A DNA stretch of 64,000 nt from Acidobacteriota bacterium (GCA_963663035.1 OY760074.1:1664001-1728000), one strand, 5' to 3'. Positions 1-13,195 are shown, counted from the stretch's first letter. Made by a program: numbers and translations. Notes: generated by a model not told the origin, from the sequence alone.

Positions 1-65
1 TAGCTTTGAATTGTGGAGCTGTCCCAGAAGTCTCCAGAAGTCTCTGGACTTCCCTTCTTCAGCTA

Positions 66-1301
66 CTAGAAACTTCTGTTCCCATTGCCTGCACGACGCC
101 TGCCGCGAGTTTTCCCGGAACCATTCCGAGGACGGCCCCGTCGAGAACGACCACGGGCGGGTGTGTCCCCAGAACTCTTCGGATTCTGCGAAACATCCGC
201 CAAAGTTCGGCGCTCGACTACTTTTTTCAGCACCTTCTCGATCTTGCACACCATGGGCTCGTCGGTTTGCGTCGCAAAGGTGAAGGCCTCGCCTGTTTGC
301 TCGGCGCGGCCGGTACGGCCGATGCGATGGGTATAGGCGTCAACGGAATCCGGCATATCAAAGTTAATCACGTGCGAAATATCCGCCACGTCAATGCCCC
401 GAGCCGCCACGTCGGTGGCCACCAAAATGTCGTATCGGCCCTCCCGAAACCCTTCGATGGCCCGCTTGCGCTGCGATTGGACCATGTTGCCCTGGAGTCC
501 CGAGGCTCGGTAACCCTGGTTCTTCAAGTCGGCAGCCAGCTTTCGGGTACGCCGCTTGGTTCGGGTGAAGATGAGGACCCTTCCGGTCTCTGTATTCTGG
601 AGAAGCCTCAGCAACAGCTGGTACTTCCGATCCGGAGAGGCTGAATAGAAGGCGTGGGAGACGGTCTTGGCGGGTGCGCTCGCCTCGATCTGTACGATCA
701 CCGGGTTTCTGAGCATTCCATCCGCCAGTCTTCGTATTTCGGACGGCATGGTGGCGGAGAAGAACAGGGTCTGACGGGTTTCGGGAATGTATTTGAGAAT
801 TCTTCGGATGTCCGGAAGGAATCCCATGTCGCACATCCGGTCAGCCTCGTCCAGAATCAGCATCTCGACTCCCGAAAGATTGATGCTTCCCCCGGATATG
901 TGGTCGAGTAGTCGTCCCGGACAGGCGACCACGATCTCAGCACCCCGCCGGAGAGCTGCCACCTGGGTGTTCTTGCCAACACCCCCGTAGATCGAGATGC
1001 TGCGGACTCCAGTACTTCTGCCTAGATCTACAGCAGTCCGGTGAGTCTGTTCGGCAAGCTCCCGGGTGGGAGCCAGGATGAGAGCCCGGATCCGCCCCAG
1101 GCGGCTTACCGTCAAGCGTTGTAGCAAGGGAAGGAGAAAGGATGCCGTCTTCCCGGTGCCGGTCTGGGCCAACCCCAGCATGTCACGTCCCTCCAAAACA
1201 ACGGGAATACCGCGCTTCTGGATGGGAGTGGGAACGGTATAGCCAATCTGCCTGATGGCGTCGGCTATCCGGGGATCAAACGAAAACTGTGCAAAACTCA
1301 A
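66..1301 (-). CDS. rhlE: DEAD-box ATP-dependent RNA helicase (RhlE-like)
   Basis: Motifs AQTGTGKT, PTRELA, LDEADRM, SAT, ARGID, HRIGRTGR; basic C-terminal tail. Confidence 0.9.
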   Translation of the reverse strand: MSFAQFSFDPRIADAIRQIGYTVPTPIQKRGIPVVLEGRDMLGLAQTGTGKTASFLLPLLQRLTVSRLGRIRALILAPTRELAEQTHRTAVDLGRSTGVRSISIYGGVGKNTQVAALRRGAEIVVACPGRLLDHISGGSINLSGVEMLILDEADRMCDMGFLPDIRRILKYIPETRQTLFFSATMPSEIRRLADGMLRNPVIVQIEASAPAKTVSHAFYSASPDRKYQLLLRLLQNTETGRVLIFTRTKRRTRKLAADLKNQGYRASGLQGNMVQSQRKRAIEGFREGRYDILVATDVAARGIDVADISHVINFDMPDSVDAYTHRIGRTGRAEQTGEAFTFATQTDEPMVCKIEKVLKKVVERRTLADVSQNPKSSGDTPARGRSRRGRPRNGSGKTRGRRRAGNGNRSF

Positions 1302-1660
1302 TTCAATTACTCCTTACTGAATGGACCCGTGCACCTCTGATGCTCGAATCCAGCGAACTCTCAACTATTTGGCTGGAGAAACTGGGGACGGGTAAACGTC
1401 TTCCAAACCCTAGACGCTTCTCTAAGCGAATTCGGAGTCCTGCATAAATGGGGTCTTGATTTTTTCCGGGCCCAGTTCAGAAGACCCGGTCACTGAAGTG
1501 GAGGATTTCATCATACCACACAAGGAGGGCCCTGGCTACTGAACTCTCGATGGGCTCAGCCAGGTAACACCGCACTTTCTCGCACCCATCCGAACACGGT
1601 GAATCTGAGGGTCGAAGAGAAGTGACGGCTTATGGGCGAGACGGAACTATTTCTCCAGCC

Positions 1661-2947
1661 TCAACGTCCCACTAAGGATGAGGTCTGCAACCGGATCCGA
1701 GAGTCCTCTCCCTTCCTTTCGGACCAGGAAATATAGAGGTTCTCGTCGTCGGTCGTGAGCATTGGATAGAAGGTGCTCCAACTACCGTCAGTGACCTGAT
1801 AAGTTGGGCTCCATTCCCCTTTGCTGGCACTGCGGTGGGCTAGGAAGACCTGAGTCCTGTCTTCTCTCAGACCTTCCCAGGCAACGTACACCGTGTCATT
1901 CTTATCGACTGTCACCTCGGTATGCAGCACTCTGTCCGCGCTCGCATCTGAAAGAAGGTACCGGGAGGCAAAGCTTTTCCCACCATCCTCGGAATAGGTA
2001 TAGTAGATGCCCGCTTCATCAGGGGTCTTGCCGCCTGTCCACCAAATCGCATGGATCCGATTCTCGCTATCCACATCGATGGAAATGCCCGCGTGTGGAC
2101 AACCACGAGACGTCCAACCATCATCGCTAATAACGACCGGATCACCGAAAGTCTGGCCACCATCGTCGGAATGAATCATCAGATGGTTGCGTACAGAGGC
2201 CCTTTCACCATCTGCCGAAGGACTACCGTTGTCCCGATAGGTGACGACTGTTGTTTTGCCGCCATCCAGGAAATTAATGGTGGGCCGGCAACAAGGACAA
2301 GCCACCCCGGAGATGGCATAGTTTTCGCCGAAACTCCTGCCCCCATCCTCGGATACGATCATAAACACTTCCTTGGCTTCCAAATCATTGCGTCCGTCCA
2401 GCCAGGTCACGTAGAGCCTTCCATCGGGTGAGGTAGCCATGGCGGTAAAATTAGCACGGCTCACTTCCCTCTGGTCGTCGTTTAGAGTCTGCTCCAAGGA
2501 GAAGGGTCCAGCGCTGTCGGCATAGGCCGACTTTAAAATCCGGTTTTTGTAGACATCACTAAAGGCAACCCAGATGGCTGCTAGAGCGTCATTTTCTGCA
2601 AAGGTGAACTTGGCCTTATGCTCCCCTCCACGGGAAAGGCTCGGCTCGCGGCTCATCTGTCGGAGCTCATCCAATTGTTGTCCGTCATTGGTCACACTGG
2701 CCAGGAAGACATGACGGCCGTCCCCATCGCGGTTTTCCTCTGTCCAGCTGACCAAGACCTTATTGGTCTTGGAAGTCAGCAGGTATGGACCCGTTGGATT
2801 GTCCTCAGCGTTACCCACCATAATGGATTCGCTAAAGAAGAGGACCGGCTGAAGCGACGAGTCATCTCCCCGGCTTCCACTACACCCCGACAGAGCAAGC
2901 GAGATCAGCACTAAGGCCAGAGATGATCCTTGGATGACTTTATTCAT
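1661..2947 (-). CDS. Asp-box/BNR repeat (sialidase-fold) lipoprotein
   Basis: Lipobox LALSGC; repeated SxDGGxxF Asp-boxes (SEDGGRSF, SDDGGQTF, SEDGGKSF); CPCC and GCPH motifs. Confidence 0.75.
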   Translation of the reverse strand: MNKVIQGSSLALVLISLALSGCSGSRGDDSSLQPVLFFSESIMVGNAEDNPTGPYLLTSKTNKVLVSWTEENRDGDGRHVFLASVTNDGQQLDELRQMSREPSLSRGGEHKAKFTFAENDALAAIWVAFSDVYKNRILKSAYADSAGPFSLEQTLNDDQREVSRANFTAMATSPDGRLYVTWLDGRNDLEAKEVFMIVSEDGGRSFGENYAISGVACPCCRPTINFLDGGKTTVVTYRDNGSPSADGERASVRNHLMIHSDDGGQTFGDPVVISDDGWTSRGCPHAGISIDVDSENRIHAIWWTGGKTPDEAGIYYTYSEDGGKSFASRYLLSDASADRVLHTEVTVDKNDTVYVAWEGLREDRTQVFLAHRSASKGEWSPTYQVTDGSWSTFYPMLTTDDENLYISWSERKGEDSRIRLQTSSLVGR

Positions 2948-3112
2948 AGTGGGCCTCCCTCGTCCCAGCGGTTGAAATCTTGGCGGTTCGAGTAGCCGAG
3001 AGCCTACCGCCCAACAAAATCCTGGGAGAATTGACCTCTTGCCTTATTATACCGTAGATACACGACCAGGCCACTTCCCGACGTACGTTGAGGAGTGATC
3101 ACCTCGCTGAGA

Positions 3113-5497
<2,385 letters not shown>

Positions 5498-5676
5498 CTA
5501 AGATGGAGGCAAAGGATAGCAAGGAAACGAATTACGGCCGTATAGATCATCATCAAGCGGGGTGTGGTCGAACTGGGTCGCCCCCCAACAACCGCAACAA
5601 CCCGTCCTTGACCCGATTCCCCGGGCTCGATAGACTCTCCCTCAGAAAGAACACTTCCTATCAGACAAGGCTACCG

Positions 5677-6474
5677 ATGACCAATAATGCCCACGCTCGA
5701 CCTTCAGGTGACGCGCCAGAACCATTGTATGACGTCGACGTCCCGGCACCGACACATGCCGAGCGGGCGCGGACCCTGGTTGCGCAGATCAACACCGGCA
5801 CCCTCTGCACGTTGGCGACCGATCCTGAGGGCTACCCCTATGGCTCATTCGTGACCGTCGCCTTTGACGACGGCAACCCGGTGTTCCTGGTGAGCACTCT
5901 GGCCGAGCACACCAAGAACCTGCAAGCGGACCCACGGGCGTCGCTGTTAGTAGCCGAGAGCGGCTCCGGAGACCCACTCGCGAATGGGCGCGTAACGTTG
6001 CTGGGACCCTGCACTCAGGTCGAGGGCGACAGTAGCAGCGCGCGCGTCGCGTTTCTCGCCACCCACCCGAAGGCCGAGTATTACATGGACTTCGGGGACT
6101 TCGCGTTCTGGAAGCTGGAAGTGGAATCGATCCGCTATATTGGTGGCTATGGACGGATGTCCTGGGTAGACGAAGTGGACTGGCACACTGCCGAACCGGA
6201 CCCGCTGGCCGCAGCCGCCTCTGACATCATCGCCCACATGAACGACGACCACGCCGACGCGATGGTCCTGTACTGCAGGGCCTTCTCAAAGGCAACCGAA
6301 GTCACCGCCGCCAGTATGACCTGTATTGACCGCTACGGGTTCGAAATGTCGGCCATCACCGCCGAGGCACCGCGACCGGTACGCCTGGCGTTTCCTGCAC
6401 CGGTCGGCACACCGGAGGAGGCGCGAGCTGCCCTCGTCTCGATGCTGAACGAGGCTCGAACCAGCCTCGGGTAG
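5677..6474 (+). CDS. HugZ/PNPOx-like split-barrel protein with C-terminal DUF2470-type domain (putative heme binding)
   Basis: GYPYGS, LAEHTKNL..DPRASLLV, GGYGRMSWV, HMNDDH motifs; probable start MTNNAH at 5677. Confidence 0.8.
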   Translation: MTNNAHARPSGDAPEPLYDVDVPAPTHAERARTLVAQINTGTLCTLATDPEGYPYGSFVTVAFDDGNPVFLVSTLAEHTKNLQADPRASLLVAESGSGDPLANGRVTLLGPCTQVEGDSSSARVAFLATHPKAEYYMDFGDFAFWKLEVESIRYIGGYGRMSWVDEVDWHTAEPDPLAAAASDIIAHMNDDHADAMVLYCRAFSKATEVTAASMTCIDRYGFEMSAITAEAPRPVRLAFPAPVGTPEEARAALVSMLNEARTSLG

Positions 6475-6778
6475 AACCGGCCTAAAGGGTCAGCAATAGG
6501 CCCTGCACCCGACCATAAACAGACCTACACAGGACCAGGTGCGCCTAAAGCAGTAACAACGGCAGGCTGTTACCAGCAGTACCAGCCCAAAGTCGAAGTC
6601 GAGGATTGAACAAGCTTCTGCCAACTACAGTCAACTACCTACTAAAGACACTTTCCCCGTTACCTGCTTTTCTCTTACCTGTCCAAACTCATTCGGTGCC
6701 AGCCCGAGAGAAAAGCTTGTATCCGTAGGGATTTAGCCTTTGCATTGTGGACCTGTCCCCATCAGACTTCCCGATTCG

Positions 6779-9250
6779 CTACGGTGTTCCGCCGGCTATG
6801 ATCTTCTCGGGAAGCAGGGTGACCGTAATGCGAGAGTCGTGATCTTCGGCTACAAAGACGCTGGACCTCGATGGCTGGTATCCCTGACCCCCGGTCATCA
6901 GCAGATAAGTGCCACCATCCATCCCGGTAAAGACAGCTTCTCCGTAGGCATTGGTCGTCTGGTCTGAGACCGCTCCGATCTCGTCCTCCTGGACCTCAAG
7001 ACCGGGCACTTGCCGGCGCAAGCGCACGGGTCTGCCTGGAAGGGGCGTTCCCTCGGGTGAGAGCACCAGGACAGCCAGACGGCCACCCCTCTCCAGCCAA
7101 AGCTCCAGCCCCTCGAGGTGCTCTCCCGCGGCCACCGGGAAGGGGACCGTGCTCAGCATCTTGAACTCTGGATGCTCGACAAAGACCTGCACAGCCGAGC
7201 CGGGATCCACATCGGTGAGCTTGAAACGTCCGATGGCGTCGCTTTGTGTACTGAGCTTCACAGCGCGCCGTAGCCGCTGGCGATATCCTCGGTCCCATTC
7301 ACCTCCGGGCCCGTCCTGCTCCTCCTGTTCTTCGGCGACCGGCCTGATGCGCACCCAGGCCTCTGACACTGGCTCTCCCCTGGTATCGACTACCGTGCCG
7401 CTCACCACAGCAGCCGGATCCAGCTGAATGTCCAGGGTTTGGGTGGCGGTCTGGCCTGCCAACTCGAGTCCCTCCAGGATCTTCAAGCTGTAGCCTTCGG
7501 CCTCAAGGTTGAGCGGACCCAACTCTCCCGGCAAGAGGCCACTGAAGTGATAGCTGCCGTCCTGCTCCGTCTTGAAAACCCGTTGCCGGTCTCGCCGCCA
7601 CAGCGAGAGCTGCACTCCGGCTATCGGTTGGCGGGTGACCGAAGAGACCACCCGCCCCTCAAGTCGGACTCCCGACTCGAGAACAATCTCCACTTGCCGG
7701 GTACCCTGCTTGAGATCGACGTTCTCCACTCGGGAGGGAAGCTGCTCATCGGCGACGACACTCAGATCGTAGATTTTCTCCTCCAGGCTGTCGAAATGGA
7801 AACGGCCCTCCTGATCGGTCTCCACCGCTGCCGATGCACGGTACAGGGAGATGGGCTCATGAGCCCGTTCCTGGCGCCGACGGTCCAGATAATCCCGGAG
7901 GAGCTCGATCTCATCGCTTCGACCCTCTCTCATCAAACGCTCTTCCCGGGCGGCGCTAGCCTGCCGGCGCCTGTTCTCTGTCAGCCGGCCCTGGCTGACC
8001 ACCACCAGGGCTCCCGCCACGGGACGCTGCTGAGCATCCCGAACCCTGCCCGAGAGGAAGCTGCCTGCCGAGAGCTTCACTTCAACAAAGGTGTTTTCGG
8101 CTTCTTCGCTCAGCTGGCCCCCCTCCAGGGTAAGACTGTAGCCAGGCTTTTGGGCCAGAACATTGAAGTACTCAGCCGGGAGCTCATCGAATCGAAATTC
8201 GCCGTTTTCATCGCTTTTCCGGCGCCCATGGGGAGTGCTGAAGGCGCTTTGGAGTAAGGAGATGGGACGACGGCCCCAGTTTTTAAACCCCTCGCCCAGG
8301 TAAAGGGCCACCTCCACCCCCGAGATCGGCTCATTCTCCTGATCGATCACCTGGCCGCTAAGGCTGCGGCCAGAAGCCAGGATCAGCTCAACCCCCTCAC
8401 TCCCCGCCGGTACCCGCTCCAGGCTCACTGGAGCAAAGCCCTCGGCTTGGGCCCTCAGCTTAAAAGAACCTGGGTAGACATTTAACTGAAAAAACCCCCC
8501 AGGCCCACTCCTGACCCGGTCGATGAGTCGGCGCGTACCCGACCAGTCGCCGGGCTGCTCGTTAATCTCGCTGAGAACCTCCACTGTGGCTTCCACCAGC
8601 GGCTTGCCCAGAGAATCGTGAACCCAGCCGGTGATCCAGTCACCCGCTCCCAGCCGGAAATTGAGTTCAGTGGACTCAGGCCTCCAGGTCCAGTCCTTGA
8701 TCTGAGGTGAAAAACCCTCCTGGCGCGCGACCGCCTGGTAGACGCCAAGCGGCAGCCCCCCAATGGCGATGGAATAGTATCCATAGGCATCCGTCTGAGC
8801 CTCCGCTGCGATGCCCGGGGGCTCGAGTCTCACCCGTCCCAGAGCCCGCTCACGAGCGATCTGTTCCCGCTTCAAGGGCTCGGCCTTTAAGAAGCTGGCG
8901 CCACTGCGAAGGAGTACACCAGCCCCTGCGACGGGCTGGCCGCTGGGATCGATGACCCAGCCGTGAAGCTGGGCAGAGGGCTTCTCCTCCCATTCGTAGG
9001 GCGGCGCCACGGGATCAGCGGGACGATCTCGTTTTTCAGGTTTTCTTGCCCCACGGGAAACCGCAGGAGCCGGGGTGATCAGAGCGGACCTCTGGCCACG
9101 GTCGAGGTCTGTGTCCGTACTGGAGGCGGATGGCTGCTGCAAGTTCCTGGCCTTTTCTTTCCCGGACGACTGAGCGTCCTGAAACACCCAGATAAGCAGG
9201 ATCACCAGGACGATAAGCAAAAGGCTCAGTGCAGTATAAGTTTTTCTCAT
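6779..9250 (-). CDS. Membrane-anchored carboxypeptidase-regulatory-like repeat protein
   Basis: N-terminal TM helix; about 6 repeats of GxVxDxxGxP(V/I)xGAxV...TDxxGxF; C-terminus stops at the start of another repeat (possibly truncated). Confidence 0.75.
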   Translation of the reverse strand: MRKTYTALSLLLIVLVILLIWVFQDAQSSGKEKARNLQQPSASSTDTDLDRGQRSALITPAPAVSRGARKPEKRDRPADPVAPPYEWEEKPSAQLHGWVIDPSGQPVAGAGVLLRSGASFLKAEPLKREQIARERALGRVRLEPPGIAAEAQTDAYGYYSIAIGGLPLGVYQAVARQEGFSPQIKDWTWRPESTELNFRLGAGDWITGWVHDSLGKPLVEATVEVLSEINEQPGDWSGTRRLIDRVRSGPGGFFQLNVYPGSFKLRAQAEGFAPVSLERVPAGSEGVELILASGRSLSGQVIDQENEPISGVEVALYLGEGFKNWGRRPISLLQSAFSTPHGRRKSDENGEFRFDELPAEYFNVLAQKPGYSLTLEGGQLSEEAENTFVEVKLSAGSFLSGRVRDAQQRPVAGALVVVSQGRLTENRRRQASAAREERLMREGRSDEIELLRDYLDRRRQERAHEPISLYRASAAVETDQEGRFHFDSLEEKIYDLSVVADEQLPSRVENVDLKQGTRQVEIVLESGVRLEGRVVSSVTRQPIAGVQLSLWRRDRQRVFKTEQDGSYHFSGLLPGELGPLNLEAEGYSLKILEGLELAGQTATQTLDIQLDPAAVVSGTVVDTRGEPVSEAWVRIRPVAEEQEEQDGPGGEWDRGYRQRLRRAVKLSTQSDAIGRFKLTDVDPGSAVQVFVEHPEFKMLSTVPFPVAAGEHLEGLELWLERGGRLAVLVLSPEGTPLPGRPVRLRRQVPGLEVQEDEIGAVSDQTTNAYGEAVFTGMDGGTYLLMTGGQGYQPSRSSVFVAEDHDSRITVTLLPEKIIAGGTP

Positions 9251-9291
9251 GAGGCAGCGGCCTGATCAAGCCAGGATTTCTCCTGGCCTGG

Positions 9292-10011
9292 CTATGGCAA
9301 CAGTGTGACGGTAAACTTGAAAGGCACAATATACCGCCCTTGTAGAATGGGAGAACCCTTATTACCCTTTTTTTCGCGCTCCAGACAGGCGATCCCGCCG
9401 GGGGGGGTACGAAATCCCAGGTGTCTCCGGTGCGGGTTACCATAACCAGGCTACCACACGTCGGGGTGAAGCTCAGCAGCCAAGCGTCATTGTTAGTATC
9501 ACGAAAAGAGATAAAGACCTTGCGGAACCTCGGCGGCTTCACCGGGTCCATATCGAGCAGTGAAAAGGGTAGTTCACCTAATAGAGAACACGTTCTCGGA
9601 TCCGCCGCCGGAGGTGAGACCCTTAGGTCCACCATCTGGAGTTGCATCATCCAGCACAGGGACAGGATCGCACGGGAGGTCTTCGCATGGGTCGCTGAAG
9701 TCCAGGAAAAACCTCCGACTCGTCCCGGCTTGTAGCGTGAGGCTCAAGCGGGTCTTGTCGCCCACTGCCGTGACATTTTCAAACCCGTGTTCGTAGGGGG
9801 TCCCATCATCACTGCAAAAGTGATCCCCGCCTGTACCGCAGTCTAAATCGTCGAAGGTAACACTAACAGTGTATTTGTCGCCCCCACCACCGCCGCCCTT
9901 GCCGCCCTTGCCGTGTGGCTCTCCTTTGTGGCCGGCATAGCTCTGGACGCCCAGGCCGATGAACAACAAGAAAAAGATAGAAACAAAAAGTGATGTTGAT
10001 TTTTTCAGCAT
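9292..10011 (-). pseudogene. Secreted hypothetical protein split by two frameshifts (pseudogene or consensus error)
   Basis: Signal peptide and GKGGKGGGGG linker in 9574-10011; protein-like continuation in a second frame (VMVTRTGDTWDF); after the G8 run at 9400-9407 it returns to the first frame ending GRYIVPFKFTVTLLP-TAG at 9292. Confidence 0.6.
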
Positions 10012-10127
10012 TGCTTTCCTCCTTCTTAAATTTCAACCAAGGTCAGGTGATATCTTGCGAAATCACTACCCTTCTCAAGTACGAGTGCGCGTCTCCACTT
10101 TATCGCAAGCTCACAAGAAGTGACAAG

Positions 10128-10166
10128 CGCCAAAGCACGCCACAGGGGTAATGGCGTGCTTTGGCG
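10128..10166. promoter_or_regulatory. Perfect 15-bp inverted repeat, candidate operator between divergent genes
   Basis: CGCCAAAGCACGCCA-N9-TGGCGTGCTTTGGCG. Confidence 0.55.
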
Positions 10167-10246
10167 TGGGGTTGGCTATGAGAAGATTGCTTTTTGTCCC
10201 AGCGCGGCACTACAATGATTCAACGATTCGATAACCTTTTTCGCTT

Positions 10247-12538
10247 ATGTCCGAAGTACGCCACCCAGAAAAGCCACCCTTGGATCAGCCCGAAGAGCCC
10301 TTGGATTCGTGGAAGGAAATTGCTGTCTATCTGGACCGAGGCGTCCGGACGGTCCAGCGCTGGGAAAAGGAAGAAGGCCTGCCCGCCCACCGGCACCTTC
10401 ACGACAAACAAGGGAGCATCTACGCCTACCGTTCAGAAATTGACGCCTGGCTGGCGAATCGCAGCATTGCCTTGGGGAACAACATGCCAGGCTGGTTCCG
10501 ACTCTTCTCAGAACACAGGAAGACTGTTGCAGGTCTGGCAGGCGCGGTCACACTGTTTCTACTGGTGGGTCTAGTCGCTTGGATGGACATCGGCTCTTCA
10601 TCCAACCCTGAAGGTTTGAACTTTCAACAGCGCGATTGGGTGCTGATCGCTGACTTTGAGAATCGCACCGGCGAAGCTGTCTTTGACGGTGTACTGGAGT
10701 ATGCGCTGGAACGGGAGATCAGCAACTCCCAGTTTGTCAACGTGGTTCCTCGTGAACGGATCGAGGACACGTTGCAGCTGATGAAAAAACCCCTCGACAC
10801 CCGCATTGATCGGACTCTGGGAAGAGAAATTTGCTTGCGGGACGGAGGCATTAAGGCGTTGCTCACAGGCCGGGTGGAGAAACTGGATTCAACATACCTC
10901 CTGAGTGTGCAAGTGGTCGATCCCAGCCAGGGGCAGGTGGTAGCCACCGCTAGTGAAGAAGCCGTAGGGCAAGAGCAAGTTTTGTCTGCATTCAGGTCGC
11001 TCTCCAATTGGAGTCGAGAAACCTTGGGAGAAGCACTCGTCCTCATCCAGCAAAGCAACGAGAAGCTAGAGAAGGTCAGCACGCCTTCCCTGCGGGCACT
11101 TCAGCTCTTTACGAAAGCGGAGGCTTTGATTAGCCAGGGGCGAGATGATGTGGCAGAAGAGTTATTGAAGCGGGCGGTTGCCATAGATCCAGAGTTTGCG
11201 TCTGCGCACATATTCCTTGCCCATGCTATCCGAAACCAGCGGGTACCTCGTACCCTAAAGCCTGCTGAGGATCGTGTAGACGAATACATGAAACATGCTG
11301 AACAGGCTTTTCAGTTGGCGGGGACAACCAGTGACCGAGAGCGATACTTTATCCATGGAAGTTACTCCGCAATGAAGGGAGAGCCTGAAAAGGCCATTCA
11401 CGCCTTTGAAACACTTTTAAGTCTCTACCCCGATCACTTCTGGGCCGTCAATAATCTGGCCAACCAATTCAATAGTGTCGGTCAAGAGCAACGAGCTTTA
11501 GCTTACGACTTACGGCGTGCGGACTTGCGCCCCAGTAGTTTCCGGTACACAACTCAGGCAAGTTATCAGCTGCTTCTTCATGGTGACCTAGCCAGAGCAA
11601 AAACTTACTGGGGTCGTGCTCTGGATCTTATGACCCCAGAAGAGTTCGAGCAAAACCCCACTCCGGCAATACGGTTGCTGTGGTTACCAGCATTTGAGGC
11701 TCTTCTGCATGCCGACCCAGAAACTGCGCTTCGGGAATCCAATCGTTTGTTGGAAAGGTTAAGAAGTTCTGAGCAGAGAGGCTACTTCAACTACGAGCCT
11801 ACCGGTGCATTCTACCTCACGTTGGGCAAGATCGGGCTAGCTCGAGAATGGCTCGAAGAGAGCGACAACGGAGGCTCTCGACGTCACTATTTCTTGGCGG
11901 CCATCGCCTATGTTGAAGAAGATCATGAGGCGATGACAGAACACCTGAAACGGCTGTTGAAAGCTTGGGAGTCCCAAGAGGACACGGAGGGCCCAGTTCG
12001 TGCGCGAAATGTAGTGCTGCTACTGGTTCGTGGTGGTTTGTTGTTGGAGGCAGAGGAATTGTTCTCCAGTTGGAGCAGGCCAGTAAGAGGGGAAGCGATG
12101 GAAAGGCGTCGGGATATACTGGGAGGTGTACTCGCCCTGAGCCGGGGCAACAGGATCGAAGGGATGAGAATGCTTGAGAATGCTCTTTCATCTATTGGTC
12201 CCTGGGATCGAGCCGCTGCACCTTATTTTATGGGATCTGAGCTCCTAGCAAAGGCATGGAGAGAGCAGGGTAATTCAGGCAAGGCGGTTCAAGTGTTGAA
12301 AACAGCTTTAGAGGAAAAGTCTCGTCTACTGCTAGAGCAGTCTTTACTGACTGTACCGATTTGGTTAAGACTCCAAGCCCAGCTTGCGCAGCTTTACAGC
12401 GAAATGGGTCGTGCCGAGGATGCTCTGAAGATCGAGGATGAGCTTCGCAAGCGGCTCGCCTACGCCGACCCCGATCACCCCATACTCCGCCAACTAGACC
12501 GTACTGAGGAATTAGCACTCCTACAACCAACCAACTGA
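10247..12538 (+). CDS. One-component membrane receptor/regulator: N-terminal HTH, TM helix, TolB_N/FlgO-like domain, TPR repeats
   Basis: LDSWKEIAVYL.RGVRTVQRWEK..GLP N-terminus; TM at about aa 94-112; WVLIADFENRTGE..FD; multiple TPR-like helices. Confidence 0.8.
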   Translation: MSEVRHPEKPPLDQPEEPLDSWKEIAVYLDRGVRTVQRWEKEEGLPAHRHLHDKQGSIYAYRSEIDAWLANRSIALGNNMPGWFRLFSEHRKTVAGLAGAVTLFLLVGLVAWMDIGSSSNPEGLNFQQRDWVLIADFENRTGEAVFDGVLEYALEREISNSQFVNVVPRERIEDTLQLMKKPLDTRIDRTLGREICLRDGGIKALLTGRVEKLDSTYLLSVQVVDPSQGQVVATASEEAVGQEQVLSAFRSLSNWSRETLGEALVLIQQSNEKLEKVSTPSLRALQLFTKAEALISQGRDDVAEELLKRAVAIDPEFASAHIFLAHAIRNQRVPRTLKPAEDRVDEYMKHAEQAFQLAGTTSDRERYFIHGSYSAMKGEPEKAIHAFETLLSLYPDHFWAVNNLANQFNSVGQEQRALAYDLRRADLRPSSFRYTTQASYQLLLHGDLARAKTYWGRALDLMTPEEFEQNPTPAIRLLWLPAFEALLHADPETALRESNRLLERLRSSEQRGYFNYEPTGAFYLTLGKIGLAREWLEESDNGGSRRHYFLAAIAYVEEDHEAMTEHLKRLLKAWESQEDTEGPVRARNVVLLLVRGGLLLEAEELFSSWSRPVRGEAMERRRDILGGVLALSRGNRIEGMRMLENALSSIGPWDRAAAPYFMGSELLAKAWREQGNSGKAVQVLKTALEEKSRLLLEQSLLTVPIWLRLQAQLAQLYSEMGRAEDALKIEDELRKRLAYADPDHPILRQLDRTEELALLQPTN

Positions 12539-12595
12539 CGCTGTTTATCTCCGATTCTCAGTAACCGGAAACAAAACCCACCCAAAATCCACCTC

Positions 12596-12746
12596 ATTTT
12601 CACCACTTAAATCCGCACCCTATCCGCACCCTGGCCCTATTTGTCGCTTTACGACACCTTGACTGAATTGACTTAAATTATTGATTAAAAAGGATTTATA
12701 TTGGAGCTGGAGACGGGAATCGAACCCGCGACGTCCAGCTTGGGAA
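12596..12746. repeat. att-like unit copy 1 (arm repeats, IHF-like site, tRNA-Gly 3' half)
   Basis: Co-linear imperfect 151-bp direct repeat of 13816-13966; tandem ATCCGCACCCT x2; AATCAATAATTTA on the minus strand; tRNA 3' 45 nt at 12702-12746. Confidence 0.85.
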
Positions 12747-12900
12747 ACATCCCCGACTCCTTCGTAAAGGACAAATGCTGCAAGCCTGGTCAGTCTATCC
12801 TACCTTTAGGCCAAAGTCGTTAATAGCTTGAGCAAGAGCATATAGGAGTTTGCTTTTTTGAGGCTAGTGGATCTTTGCTCGAAAAGCGGGTAGAGACCTC

Positions 12901-12990
12901 CTATTGCTCCATCCAGGCGATGATGTGCATTTCGCTGCCACAGTGGGAACAACGAAGTGGGTCGACTTCGTAAATCTTTTTGAGGAGCCT
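12901..12990 (-). mobile_element. IS91/ISCR-family transposase C-terminal remnant
   Basis: LLKKIYEVDPLRCSHCGSEMHIIAW resembles the IS91-type C-terminal zinc-ribbon motif. Confidence 0.65.
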
Positions 12991-12998
12991 CGGCTCTT

Positions 12999-13058
12999 CC
13001 CCTCCGCGACGACCCTCGCTTCCACGACCTGCGGCGGCGGATGAATTTGGGGCCGTGA
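12999..13058 (+). pseudogene. C-terminal remnant of a TPR-type receptor/kinase gene
   Basis: Translates PLRDDPRFHDLRRRMNLGP*, matching the characteristic (D)PLRxDPRFxxLxxRM C-terminus of TolB/TPR kinase and regulator proteins. Confidence 0.6.
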
Positions 13059-13195
13059 AGGGCACCTCAAAATATGTGAAACCAGCAAGACAGTGCCGAG
13101 TCATTAGGAGGTTTCAGTATGAGTTTGGCCACTAGTTGAAACGTTGCTCAGCTCACCGTTACCAGGCCAAGCCACCTCATTGATCTTTGGGTGTC

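Noticed and set aside
9574-9576. Selenocysteine read-through of TGA
   Set aside because: A second in-frame TGA follows about 25 codons later, and the protein-like continuation is in another frame
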